This document shows positions 1-7,907 of a DNA stretch of 64,000 nucleotides, piece by piece. Every line of letters begins with the position of its first letter. Within the stretch, counting starts at the first letter, position 1. Under the pieces are notes generated by a model. The model ran no database searches. It saw only the letters and a list, made by a program, of their open reading frames with translations, and was not told the origin of the DNA. Made by a program: the position numbers and the translations under genes. The DNA lies in the IMG/VR virus record IMGVR_UViG_3300011013_000008, positions 22,123 through 86,122 of that record; one strand, given 5' to 3'. The DNA is from a virus.

Positions 1-13
1 ACAAGCCAACATT

Positions 14-89
14 GCATGTATAGCTCAGCTGGGAGAGCAATTCCTTGGTACGGGATAGGTCGCGTGTTTGATTCACGCTACATGCTCCA
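14..89 (+). tRNA. tRNA-Thr(GGT)
   Basis: Cloverleaf: acceptor GCATGTA/TACATGC, anticodon loop TTGGTAC, T-loop TTTGATT, encoded CCA. Confidence 0.9.
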
Positions 90-112
90 GATTTTAATAC
101 TTAGGAGATAAA

Positions 113-274
113 ATGGAAACAACACTAGAAAGATACAAAGATCAACTTATCAATGAAACTAAAGAGTATAAAGAAATAACTGGTAATATAACAGCACTAG
201 AAGGTTATAGAGAAGGATATATTCAAGGTTTTGCAGATGCTTTTAACCTATTCATTGAGAATGAAGAGGATTAA
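113..274 (+). CDS. hypothetical protein (53 aa, below ORF-track cutoff)
   Basis: AGGAG RBS, then ATG GAA ACA..., open to TAA abutting the next ATG. Confidence 0.65.
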   Translation: METTLERYKDQLINETKEYKEITGNITALEGYREGYIQGFADAFNLFIENEED

Positions 275-472
275 ATGACAGCAATTCTAGTACCAGCTTT
301 TAATAAAACTTATAAGAATAAAACTGAAGTAATAGATGACTGGACAAGTGGAAAATCTTTCAGGATATCTGGCTCAAATAAATATGTATCTATTTTGAAT
401 AAGAAAATGCTAATAGAAAGTTATGATAGAGTTTATATTATTTCGGGTAATATAAAATTAGAAGTTATATAA
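275..472 (+). CDS. hypothetical protein
   Basis: 65 aa ORF, GAGG RBS, fills the gap between tRNAs. Confidence 0.65.
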   Translation: MTAILVPAFNKTYKNKTEVIDDWTSGKSFRISGSNKYVSILNKKMLIESYDRVYIISGNIKLEVI

Positions 473-473
473 G

Positions 474-548
474 TGCTTCCTAGCTGAGATGGATTAGCGA
501 AAAACTGAAAATTTTTAGAGAGTGGTTCGATACCACTGGAAGCAACCA
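474..548 (+). tRNA. tRNA-Phe(GAA)
   Basis: Acceptor TGCTTCC/GGAAGCA, anticodon arm AAAAA-CTGAAAA-TTTTT, T-loop TTCGATA, CCA. Confidence 0.88.
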
Positions 549-550
549 AT

Positions 551-627
551 AGGCCAGAGGCATAAGGGGTATACGCAACCGACTCATAATCGGTAGATAG
601 TTGGTTCGAATCCAACTTGGCCTACCA
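551..627 (+). tRNA. tRNA with CAT anticodon (Ile2/lysidine type more likely than Met)
   Basis: Anticodon arm ACCGA-CTCATAA-TCGGT; acceptor carries C4-G69 and C5-G68 as in TilS substrates; lacks the initiator GGG/CCC anticodon stem; CCA. Confidence 0.8.
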
Positions 628-644
628 CATTTAATAACAATTAA

Positions 645-718
645 AGCCCTATAGTTCAATGGTAGAACGCTAAACTGATAATTTAGTAACTGTGGTTCGA
701 ATCCACATAGGGCTACCA
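645..718 (+). tRNA. tRNA-Ile(GAT)
   Basis: Acceptor AGCCCTA/TAGGGCT, anticodon loop CTGATAA, T-loop TTCGAAT, CCA. Confidence 0.92.
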
Positions 719-796
719 AATTATAACCGTAGCTAGTGCGTAAAGTTCACCATCTGTGTAACTAGAATAAGGTCAGATCAACCTTTTGCAGATAAC

Positions 797-870
797 CGAA
801 ATATCCTCTAATTGGCTAAGACTCTCTCATATCGCGAGAGGGAATGTAAGTTCGACTCTTACTATTTTGG
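797..870 (+). pseudogene. degenerate tRNA-like element, anticodon ATC, no CCA
   Basis: Acceptor CGAAATA/TATTTTG, anticodon arm CTCTC-ATATCGC-GAGAG, T arm GTAAG-TTCGACT-CTTAC. Confidence 0.6.
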
Positions 871-899
871 GAACACTAATTTAAAAGGAGAATTAACTA

Positions 900-1064
900 T
901 TGCATTATTTACTTATAATAATTCTAGTTACTAGCAATGGTAATCTAGTCAATGATACAATAGTAACCAATTCTCTATTTGAGTGTGTAGCTAAAGAGAA
1001 AAAAATCCTAGCTAGAGATAACATTCAAGAATATACCTTATGTGTTGCACAAGGTATTAAGTAA
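900..1064 (+). CDS. hypothetical protein (54 aa, hydrophobic N-terminus)
   Basis: AAGGAG RBS, TTG start, open to TAA. Confidence 0.5.
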   Translation: MHYLLIIILVTSNGNLVNDTIVTNSLFECVAKEKKILARDNIQEYTLCVAQGIK

Positions 1065-1068
1065 TTGA

Positions 1069-1142
1069 GTACCATACAGTCATGGCGACGCGCAGCACTC
1101 CAAACGCTTGTGGAAGAGGTTTGATTCCTTTACGGGATGCCA
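1069..1142 (+). tRNA. degenerate tRNA-Trp(CCA)
   Basis: Anticodon loop CTCCAAA, T arm AGAGG-TTTGATT-CCTTT, ends GCCA; mismatches in acceptor and anticodon stems. Confidence 0.6.
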
Positions 1143-1210
1143 AATACGTGAAGTATTGAGTTTTATATTAAAAGTTTAATTTCACTCACAAGTACCAAAT
1201 TAAATTTATA

Positions 1211-1239
1211 TTGACATTTAGTCTAAATTCTGATATAAT
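1211..1239 (+). promoter_or_regulatory. sigma70 promoter
   Basis: TTGACA-17-TATAAT with extended -10 TG. Confidence 0.85.
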
Positions 1240-1263
1240 AGTTTTTTAAATGAGAGAAAATTA

Positions 1264-1425
1264 ATGAAGAAAGATTTACCTTATGATTTTGACTTATATT
1301 TTGACTTGAAGACCAAAGGTGAAGTCAAGAGGTATATTAAGTATCTGAAAGAACAAATAAAACAAATTCCAGAGGATTTACAATTTCTACTAGCTCTAGT
1401 AGAGAAACACAATATAAAGCTATAG
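1264..1425 (+). CDS. hypothetical protein (53 aa)
   Basis: ATG downstream of the promoter, open to TAG. Confidence 0.55.
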   Translation: MKKDLPYDFDLYFDLKTKGEVKRYIKYLKEQIKQIPEDLQFLLALVEKHNIKL

Positions 1426-1464
1426 AAAGACTGTAGTTAATCAAATTCATTAGAGGAGTTCTAT
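1418..1464 (+). promoter_or_regulatory. hairpin-linker-RBS leader of nadM (candidate riboswitch, copy 1)
   Basis: Stem AGCTATAG/CTGTAGTT with AAAGA loop, then GAGGAGTTCTAT before ATG. Confidence 0.4.
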
Positions 1465-2493
1465 ATGAGTCAAACAAAATTCGATATAGCTGTCGTTATA
1501 GGCAGATTTCAAGTTCCACATCTGGGGCATCATAAACTAATACAAGAAGCAGCAAGAATAGCAGATAAAGTAGTAATTATAATTGGTTCTGTAGGGCAAC
1601 CGAGAACCCCTAAAAATCCTTTTACGTTTAAAGAACGTAAGGATATGCTAGAAAAAACAATCTCTAATTATATCAATTATGAAATTTTATCTGTTAGAGA
1701 TCAAAGATACAATCTACAACATTGGTTAGTAGATGTAGCTTATAAAGTTAATTCAACTACTAAATCATGGACAGATTACCCACCTTCGGTGGCTATAGTC
1801 GGTCATATTAAAGACGATAGTTCATTTTATCTAAAGATGTTTCCTCAGTGGACTTTTCATGAAATTGAAAATCATAAGGAGGTTAACTCTACAGATATCA
1901 GGGATCAATTATTTGAGGGCAGTAGTCCTTATGATATAGATCATATTGATTCTAAAGTATGTAACTATTTAGCCGGTTGGCAAATGACTGATACTTATCA
2001 TAATCTTAAAGAAGAGTATGAATTTATTAAAAAGTATAAGTCAGCTTATAAAGATTTGCCTTATCCGCCAATCTTTAGTACAGTTGATGCAGTAGTAACA
2101 CAAAGTGGACATATTCTTCTAGTAAAGAGAAAAGCAGCTCCTGGAAAGGGCTTGTGGGCACTACCTGGGGGTTTTATTGGGCAAAGTGAAACTATTGAAG
2201 ATGCTATGCTTAGGGAGCTAGTAGAAGAAACAAAAATTAAATTGCAAAAGATTATTCTGCAACGATCTATAACTAAGCAAAAAGTTTATGATGATCCTGA
2301 TCGATCATTAAGAGGTAGAACAATTACACATGCTTTTGCTATAGAACTAAGTGGAGATACTTTACCTAGAGTTAAGGGAAGTGATGATGCTGAAAAAGCT
2401 AAATGGTTTCCACTTAACGAAGTGTTCTCAATGGGCGAAAACATCTACGAGGATCATTTAAGTATAATATTGAATATTACTGGTGATCTCTAA
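1465..2493 (+). CDS. nadM: bifunctional NMN adenylyltransferase / ADP-ribose pyrophosphatase (NadM-Nudix)
   Basis: GRFQVPHLGH nucleotidyltransferase motif, KNPFT and NSTDIR; C-terminal Nudix box ALPGGF...RELVEET, DPDRSLRGRTITH and GSDDA. Confidence 0.93.
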   Translation: MSQTKFDIAVVIGRFQVPHLGHHKLIQEAARIADKVVIIIGSVGQPRTPKNPFTFKERKDMLEKTISNYINYEILSVRDQRYNLQHWLVDVAYKVNSTTKSWTDYPPSVAIVGHIKDDSSFYLKMFPQWTFHEIENHKEVNSTDIRDQLFEGSSPYDIDHIDSKVCNYLAGWQMTDTYHNLKEEYEFIKKYKSAYKDLPYPPIFSTVDAVVTQSGHILLVKRKAAPGKGLWALPGGFIGQSETIEDAMLRELVEETKIKLQKIILQRSITKQKVYDDPDRSLRGRTITHAFAIELSGDTLPRVKGSDDAEKAKWFPLNEVFSMGENIYEDHLSIILNITGDL

Positions 2494-2540
2494 TATAAAG
2501 GATAGACCTTTATAGACTAATTTAATATAGGAGTTTACTT
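2494..2540 (+). promoter_or_regulatory. H-type pseudoknot-like leader (candidate riboswitch, copy 2)
   Basis: Stem TATAAAG/CTTTATA; loop GATAGAC can pair with GTTTA overlapping the AGGAG RBS. Confidence 0.5.
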
Positions 2541-2762
2541 TTGAAGAAGTTAGACAAAACTCAAATAGCTAGATATAGTTTTGCAGAACCATTAGGTGAG
2601 GGTAATGAGCCAGTTGTTATAACTGTTTCCGATAAATGGATAGAACTTATGTACTATCCAGCTTGGAAAGAACGAATGATTAATGTTGGCAGAGGTCACT
2701 TAATTAGTTTAGAAAAATGTATAGAGGATTTTGTGACAGTAAACTGGGCACAAAAACTCTAA
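2541..2762 (+). CDS. hypothetical protein
   Basis: 73 aa ORF, TTG start after AGGAG. Confidence 0.65.
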   Translation: MKKLDKTQIARYSFAEPLGEGNEPVVITVSDKWIELMYYPAWKERMINVGRGHLISLEKCIEDFVTVNWAQKL

Positions 2763-2773
2763 AAATGAATAAT

Positions 2774-2850
2774 GCCCTGTTGGTCTAAATGGATAAGGCA
2801 ATAGACTTCTAATCTATACGATGCAGGTTCGAATCCTGTGCAGGGTGCCA
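2774..2850 (+). tRNA. tRNA-Arg(TCT)
   Basis: Acceptor GCCCTGT/GCAGGGT, anticodon arm ATAGA-CTTCTAA-TCTAT, T-loop TTCGAAT, CCA. Confidence 0.92.
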
Positions 2851-2873
2851 ATTAAAAGAGAAAATATAATATA

Positions 2874-2999
2874 ATGAAGTATAAAGCAGAAGCCGGTATG
2901 GCATTAGTATTTATAGCTACCATAGGACTTCAGGGTATCTGGAATGCCTTACTATTATTAGGTTTTATGTTAATAATGTGGGCTATACTTACAGCATAG
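2874..2999 (+). CDS. small membrane peptide (41 aa)
   Basis: MKYKAEAGMALVFIATIGLQGIWNALLLLGFMLIMWAILTA, strongly hydrophobic. Confidence 0.5.
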   Translation: MKYKAEAGMALVFIATIGLQGIWNALLLLGFMLIMWAILTA

Positions 3000-3007
3000 A
3001 GGAAATT

Positions 3008-3202
3008 ATGAGTAGAACTTATCGTACAAAAAGACCACAGTTTAAGTTAGGTAGACATCTAGCTTTTAAATGGTGTAAGAATGGTAAGGTTAGAGATGGT
3101 ACTCCTACTCACTACGCTTCAGGCTGTGAAAGGCATGGAGACTGCCCTTACTGCTATAATAATAGAATGTTTTCCACAGAAAGGAGGAAACCGATAGAAT
3201 GA
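3008..3202 (+). CDS. basic hypothetical protein with a C/H-rich C-terminus
   Basis: GAGG RBS favours ATG at 3008; CERHGDCPYC possible zinc site. Confidence 0.6.
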   Translation: MSRTYRTKRPQFKLGRHLAFKWCKNGKVRDGTPTHYASGCERHGDCPYCYNNRMFSTERRKPIE

Positions 3203-3417
3203 GTTTATCAAACTTTCCTAAAGATACAAAAGTTGTTATATATGATAAGAAGAGCAACAATGACATATGGTATAAAGGAATTATAAAATATATACCAAAT
3301 TCAAATACAGAGAAATACTTTGATGTAGTGCTACAGATTGATGCGCAGCCAATAATTAATACTAGAGGACATTATATTAATGAAGTATTTCAAATTCCAA
3401 TAGTGATTAGACCATGA
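3199..3417 (+). CDS. hypothetical protein
   Basis: 72 aa, ATGA overlaps on both sides. Confidence 0.6.
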   Translation: MSLSNFPKDTKVVIYDKKSNNDIWYKGIIKYIPNSNTEKYFDVVLQIDAQPIINTRGHYINEVFQIPIVIRP

Positions 3418-3971
3418 TTTATTTTACATCAGATATACACTTTTTTCATGAAAATATTCTAAAGTATCAAGAGTCTACTAGACCTTTTGATACAGTAGAG
3501 GAAATGAATGATTTTATTATTAGAAAGTGGAACAGAACAGTTACTAATAAGGATGAAATTTATGTTCTAGGCGATTTTGCTATGGGACATAAAGAAAAAG
3601 CTATTAAATTGATAAAAAAGCTAAATGGACATATTCACCTTATTCGTGGCAATCACGATCACTTTAGTAAAGAACAGGAAGCTGAAATTTTTAGTTCTGC
3701 ACAAGATTATAAAGTGCTAAGATATAATAAGGAAAGATTTGTACTATTTCACTACCCTATCCAAGAATGGGATAGGTGTTATTATGGAGATATGCATCTA
3801 CATGGCCATTCACATGGTAATCTAAAAGATATTAAGCCTAATAGGTTTGATATGGGTTGGGATATTCATAAAAGATTAGTTTCTATTGAAGAAGTTAAAA
3901 CATGGAGAGTTAATGAACACGTACCACAGCATGGTAATACTAGATCAAGAGATGGAACTTTACCCACATGA
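3414..3971 (+). CDS. calcineurin-like metallophosphoesterase
   Basis: SDIHF, LGDF, GNHD, HYP and HGHSH motifs. Confidence 0.88.
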   Translation: MIYFTSDIHFFHENILKYQESTRPFDTVEEMNDFIIRKWNRTVTNKDEIYVLGDFAMGHKEKAIKLIKKLNGHIHLIRGNHDHFSKEQEAEIFSSAQDYKVLRYNKERFVLFHYPIQEWDRCYYGDMHLHGHSHGNLKDIKPNRFDMGWDIHKRLVSIEEVKTWRVNEHVPQHGNTRSRDGTLPT

Positions 3972-3992
3972 TAATTTTAGAGGAATTAAAAA

Positions 3993-4409
3993 ATGAAAAT
4001 AGCATTTGATGTACATGGTGTTTTAGATACTTATGTACATTTTAGAAATACAGCAAAAAGCGTACTTAGTAGAAGAGATTCTTTATATATTATATCTGGT
4101 CAATTATATGATAAAAATATGCAAGAAACATTAGATTGGGCTGGTTTAAAAGATTATAGGTATTTTTCCATTACTCAAGAGTTACTAGACAAAGATCCTA
4201 ATTTAATAACTTGGATTGACGGTAAACCTTGGGCAGATGACGATGTATGGAATAGAGTAAAAGCTGATATATGTCATCGTGAAGGTATAGATGTTATTTA
4301 CGATGATTCTCCTATTTATGGAGAATATTTTAGGGATATAAAAACCCTATATGTAGAAGTACAAAATGGTCACTGGAGTGATTCAGGTAGAGAACAACGA
4401 AATAAATAA
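3993..4409 (+). CDS. HAD-fold hydrolase-like protein
   Basis: FDVHGVLD motif I, ISG, K, and YDD motif IV. Confidence 0.6.
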   Translation: MKIAFDVHGVLDTYVHFRNTAKSVLSRRDSLYIISGQLYDKNMQETLDWAGLKDYRYFSITQELLDKDPNLITWIDGKPWADDDVWNRVKADICHREGIDVIYDDSPIYGEYFRDIKTLYVEVQNGHWSDSGREQRNK

Positions 4410-4413
4410 ATAC

Positions 4414-4443
4414 TTGACTACTTGGTAGTATTCTTGATATAAT
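4414..4443 (+). promoter_or_regulatory. sigma70 promoter of the replication module
   Basis: TTGACT-18-TATAAT with TG extension. Confidence 0.7.
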
Positions 4444-4508
4444 ATATTCTCAAGTGAGAAATTAAACAATAAAATGTACCCTTGAGGTATAGAAAGAGGA
4501 AAAAATTC

Positions 4509-4892
4509 ATGGCAAGTGAATGGACAGATGAACTAAGACAGAAAGCAGTAGAATTATATGAGGAAGGTAATCCTACAGAGGAAAATACTTTAGAAGTATT
4601 AAAATCTGTAGCTGATACTATTGGTAAGACAGTAAATGGAACTCGTATGATTCTTATCGCTGGAGGAGTATATATTGCTAAGTCAAAAACTACAGCTACT
4701 ACAACTACGACCAGTGATGGTAAGAAAGTTGTTAAAAAATCAAAGAAAGAAAGCCTAGATGATCTGAAAGGTATATTAGAAGATAATGGTGCAGAAGTTG
4801 ACGCATCTATTGTTGATAAACTTACAGGTAAGGCAGCAGAATATTTTCATTCTGCTATTAAGACAATTATAACCCAAACTACTGAGGAGTAG
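4509..4892 (+). CDS. D3: T5 D3-like DNA-binding protein
   Basis: W...TVNGTRMILIAGGVYIAK...IVDKLTGKAA signature; position upstream of the ligase; GAGG RBS gives ATG at 4509. Confidence 0.75.
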   Translation: MASEWTDELRQKAVELYEEGNPTEENTLEVLKSVADTIGKTVNGTRMILIAGGVYIAKSKTTATTTTTSDGKKVVKKSKKESLDDLKGILEDNGAEVDASIVDKLTGKAAEYFHSAIKTIITQTTEE

Positions 4893-4897
4893 AATAA

Positions 4898-5530
4898 ATG
4901 AGTAAGAGTGAAGAGCGTTTAGATAAACTAAGCATGCAAAAGGTAATATCATTATTAGAGCAGGAAAAGCCAATTACTAAAAAGGCTGCTTGTGAAATGC
5001 TTAATATCTCTTATAATACTACTAGACTAAAAAAGTTAATAGAAGAGTTCAAACGTAAGGAAGAAAATTCTAAGAAAAGGCGTACTAAGTTAAGGGGCAA
5101 ACCTATTACAACCGATGAACTATCTATTATAGCTTCAGAATATCTTAGTGGTACAGCTATTTCTGTTATATCTGATTTTATTTATAGACCAGCTACCTTA
5201 ATTAAGGAGAGTATTAAAGATCTTAATATTCCAATAAGGCATGCAGAAGCATCTTATCATAATCCTTATTTAATAGAAGATGGTGCAGTATCAGAAGAAT
5301 ACGAAAAAGATGATTTAGTATACGCAGCTAGATATCAATGTGCTGCTCTAGTAGAAAAGAAATACAGTAATGAAGATGGTAATTACTATAAAATATATTT
5401 GCTGGGTAATGAACAGCAATATGCCATGCAACCATATTGGGAATTAGCAGACCTTACCAGAGTTCATAAAGAACTTAAAGTGGTTATTAAACCACAAGAA
5501 GGTCTAGCTCCCGCAATTAATCCACGCTAA
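4898..5530 (+). CDS. T5-conserved HTH-like hypothetical protein
   Basis: TKKAACEML motif and KLRG...EYLSG, as in the gene following D3 in T5-like phages. Confidence 0.7.
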   Translation: MSKSEERLDKLSMQKVISLLEQEKPITKKAACEMLNISYNTTRLKKLIEEFKRKEENSKKRRTKLRGKPITTDELSIIASEYLSGTAISVISDFIYRPATLIKESIKDLNIPIRHAEASYHNPYLIEDGAVSEEYEKDDLVYAARYQCAALVEKKYSNEDGNYYKIYLLGNEQQYAMQPYWELADLTRVHKELKVVIKPQEGLAPAINPR

Positions 5531-5545
5531 CAAGAGATAACAAAA

Positions 5546-5851
5546 ATGAATAAAGGTAGAGTTATTGGTCTCCTAAAACAACATGGAGATGCTATTTTAT
5601 CATATAAAGAACCTAAAGGAACAAAAACAGTTAAGAAAGGTACAGTAACCCACCGGTTATGTACTTTAGACTTCAAAAATCCCTATATTAAGTCTAGGAC
5701 ACGGGGTAATAAACCTTGGCCTAAGAATAAAACTGATATAGTTGTTTTTAGTTGGACAGATAATAGATATTGGATTCATAATCCAGAACATATATTTAAA
5801 GTTCAACCACTTTCAGAGATACTAAATAATGTCCGTCCAAAACTATCTTGA
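5546..5851 (+). CDS. T5-conserved hypothetical protein upstream of the ligase
   Basis: CTLDF...YI...IVVFSWTDN pattern; synteny. Confidence 0.65.
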   Translation: MNKGRVIGLLKQHGDAILSYKEPKGTKTVKKGTVTHRLCTLDFKNPYIKSRTRGNKPWPKNKTDIVVFSWTDNRYWIHNPEHIFKVQPLSEILNNVRPKLS

Positions 5852-6794
5852 TAAGGCCGCTAGCGCTTATTATGAGGGCAATCCCTTCCTGTCAGATGCA
5901 GAATTTGATTATTTAGCCCGCATTTATAATTATAATCAACTCGGGGCAAAGCCGCTTAAAAGCGGTACACTGCCCCATATCAACCGATTATATTCCCTAC
6001 AAAAATTTTATACAGGTGATAAGTTACCAGAATTAGACAATCCAGTAGAATCTCCAAAACTAGATGGCTCATGTATTAGTATAACTTATATTAATAATAT
6101 GTTAGATTCAGTAGTTACTAGAGGAGATGGTATTATAGGCCAGGATGTTACTAAGAATTTTATAGGTTGGAATGGAATACCACAAGCTATTACATTCGGC
6201 TCTAATAATGTTATCCAAGTAGTAGGAGAGCTTATAGCTCCACTAACTATTGACAATGCTAGAAACTACGCAGCAGGAGCAGCTAATCTCAAAGATAAAG
6301 AAGAATTTCTAAAACGAGATTTAACTTTTATAGCTTATGCAGTATTTATTGGTAGTGAATTATTACAGTCTACTTATAGAGAGGCTATGTCTACATTAAG
6401 TAATTGGGGGTTCTCCACTGTACTAGACAAAGGTTTAGTAGATATCTACCCAACAGATGGAATTGTATATAGAGAAAATGATAATACTATTTATAATCTT
6501 GCAGGGTTTACTGATAAATATCCTAAAGGAGCATTTGCATTAAAAACTACAGAGGATTTTGAAACAGTAATTACTACGCTATTAGACGTAGTGTGGGAAA
6601 CTGGAAAATCTGGTAAAGTAACTCCAGTAGCTGTTCTAGAACCTATTGTAGTAGAAGATGCTTTAGTTAGTAGAGCTACACTTAATAATGTAGGTTTTAT
6701 AGATTCTATGGGAATGAAAATAGGTGATGAGTTATTACTTACTCGTAGTGGAGGTATTATACCAAAGATACTAGGAGTAGCTAATGAAACTTAA
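5829..6794 (+). CDS. ligA: NAD-dependent DNA ligase, N-terminal subunit (adenylation and OB domains)
   Basis: AYYEGNPFLSDAEFD, KLDG, TRGDG, NARNYAAG, TDGIV, GKVTPVA, RATLNN, RSGGIIPKI. Confidence 0.93.
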   Translation: MSVQNYLDKAASAYYEGNPFLSDAEFDYLARIYNYNQLGAKPLKSGTLPHINRLYSLQKFYTGDKLPELDNPVESPKLDGSCISITYINNMLDSVVTRGDGIIGQDVTKNFIGWNGIPQAITFGSNNVIQVVGELIAPLTIDNARNYAAGAANLKDKEEFLKRDLTFIAYAVFIGSELLQSTYREAMSTLSNWGFSTVLDKGLVDIYPTDGIVYRENDNTIYNLAGFTDKYPKGAFALKTTEDFETVITTLLDVVWETGKSGKVTPVAVLEPIVVEDALVSRATLNNVGFIDSMGMKIGDELLLTRSGGIIPKILGVANET

Positions 6795-7026
6795 AGATGT
6801 ACTTATTAAAATTCTAGCTGATAAGAGACAAGCTTCAGATACATTAGCAGATGTTGTATTATACGCAGAATTAAATATAAGTCAATGGTATAGAGGTGCA
6901 GATATATCTAATGAATTATTATGTTTACGCAAAGATGTAGATTGTATGCTAAAGTCGGATAATGGAACAATTAGAAATATGCGGGAAGTTCCCTTTAGGG
7001 AAGTAGTTAACAGCTATGATATGTAA
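6784..7026 (+). CDS. hypothetical protein between the ligase halves
   Basis: 80 aa, AGGAG RBS, overlaps the end of ligA. Confidence 0.6.
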   Translation: MKLKDVLIKILADKRQASDTLADVVLYAELNISQWYRGADISNELLCLRKDVDCMLKSDNGTIRNMREVPFREVVNSYDM

Positions 7027-7108
7027 AATTATCCCCCGCGCCGACCAACCAACATTTTATACATTAATTTATTCCGCGCATGTGCTAACTAACCATAAAA
7101 AATAACTC

Positions 7109-7137
7109 TTGACATTTGCTGGGTAAACTGATATAAT
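7109..7137 (+). promoter_or_regulatory. sigma70 promoter of ligB-D5
   Basis: TTGACA-17-TATAAT with TG extension. Confidence 0.85.
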
Positions 7138-7148
7138 ATATACACAAA

Positions 7149-7907
7149 ATGAAAAAAGAAATAAATATACCAACCAATTGTCCATCTTGTAATTCTATAC
7201 TTACTAGAGTTAATGACCAATTATTCTGCTATAACTCTAATTGTGGAGTTAAGAATACTAAGAAGATCTTACACTTTATTAAGGTTATGAAAATAAAAGG
7301 ACTTGGAGAAAAAACTGTTGAAAAATTAGGTATAAATAGCATACAAGATATTTATACCTTAAATAAAACACAAGTAGAAGAATTAGTAGGTGAAAAGATT
7401 AGTAATAAACTTTTTGCTGAAATAGAATTATCTAAGTTAGCATCATTTGATAAATATCTTGCAGCCTTTAGTATTCCATTAATTGGTAATACTGCTGGAA
7501 AGAAATTATCTGCTATTATTAATAGTGTAGATGAAATAACAGTAGATAACTGTAAAAAAGCTGGATTAGGAGATAAAGCCACCCAATCATTAATGAATTG
7601 GGTAACTAACGAATATCCAGAGTTTAAAACCCTACCAATAAAAATTACACCTGTTGCTAAACAACAAGAAGTAAAAGAAATTAATCTAAAAGTCTGTATA
7701 ACAGGCAAACTTAATGATTTTTCTTCTAGAAGTTTAGCATCTGAGTTCTTACAAGGTAAGGGAATAACTGTAGTATCTGGAGTAAGTAAAACTCTAGACT
7801 ATTTAATCGTAGAAGATAATAAACCTTCTAGTAAATTATCTAAAGCAAATAGTTATGGTATTCCACTAATAACTATAAAAAATCTAATTGAGGAAATTAA
7901 TAAATGA
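7149..7907 (+). CDS. ligB: NAD-dependent DNA ligase, C-terminal subunit (zinc finger, HhH, BRCT)
   Basis: PTNCPSC...FCYNSNC, IKGLGEK, IPLIG, VCITGKL...SVSKTLDYL-like BRCT. Confidence 0.92.
   Translation: MKKEINIPTNCPSCNSILTRVNDQLFCYNSNCGVKNTKKILHFIKVMKIKGLGEKTVEKLGINSIQDIYTLNKTQVEELVGEKISNKLFAEIELSKLASFDKYLAAFSIPLIGNTAGKKLSAIINSVDEITVDNCKKAGLGDKATQSLMNWVTNEYPEFKTLPIKITPVAKQQEVKEINLKVCITGKLNDFSSRSLASEFLQGKGITVVSGVSKTLDYLIVEDNKPSSKLSKANSYGIPLITIKNLIEEINK

Noticed and set aside
433-719. - strand ORFs 433-615 and 480-719
   Set aside because: They are antisense to three tRNA genes.
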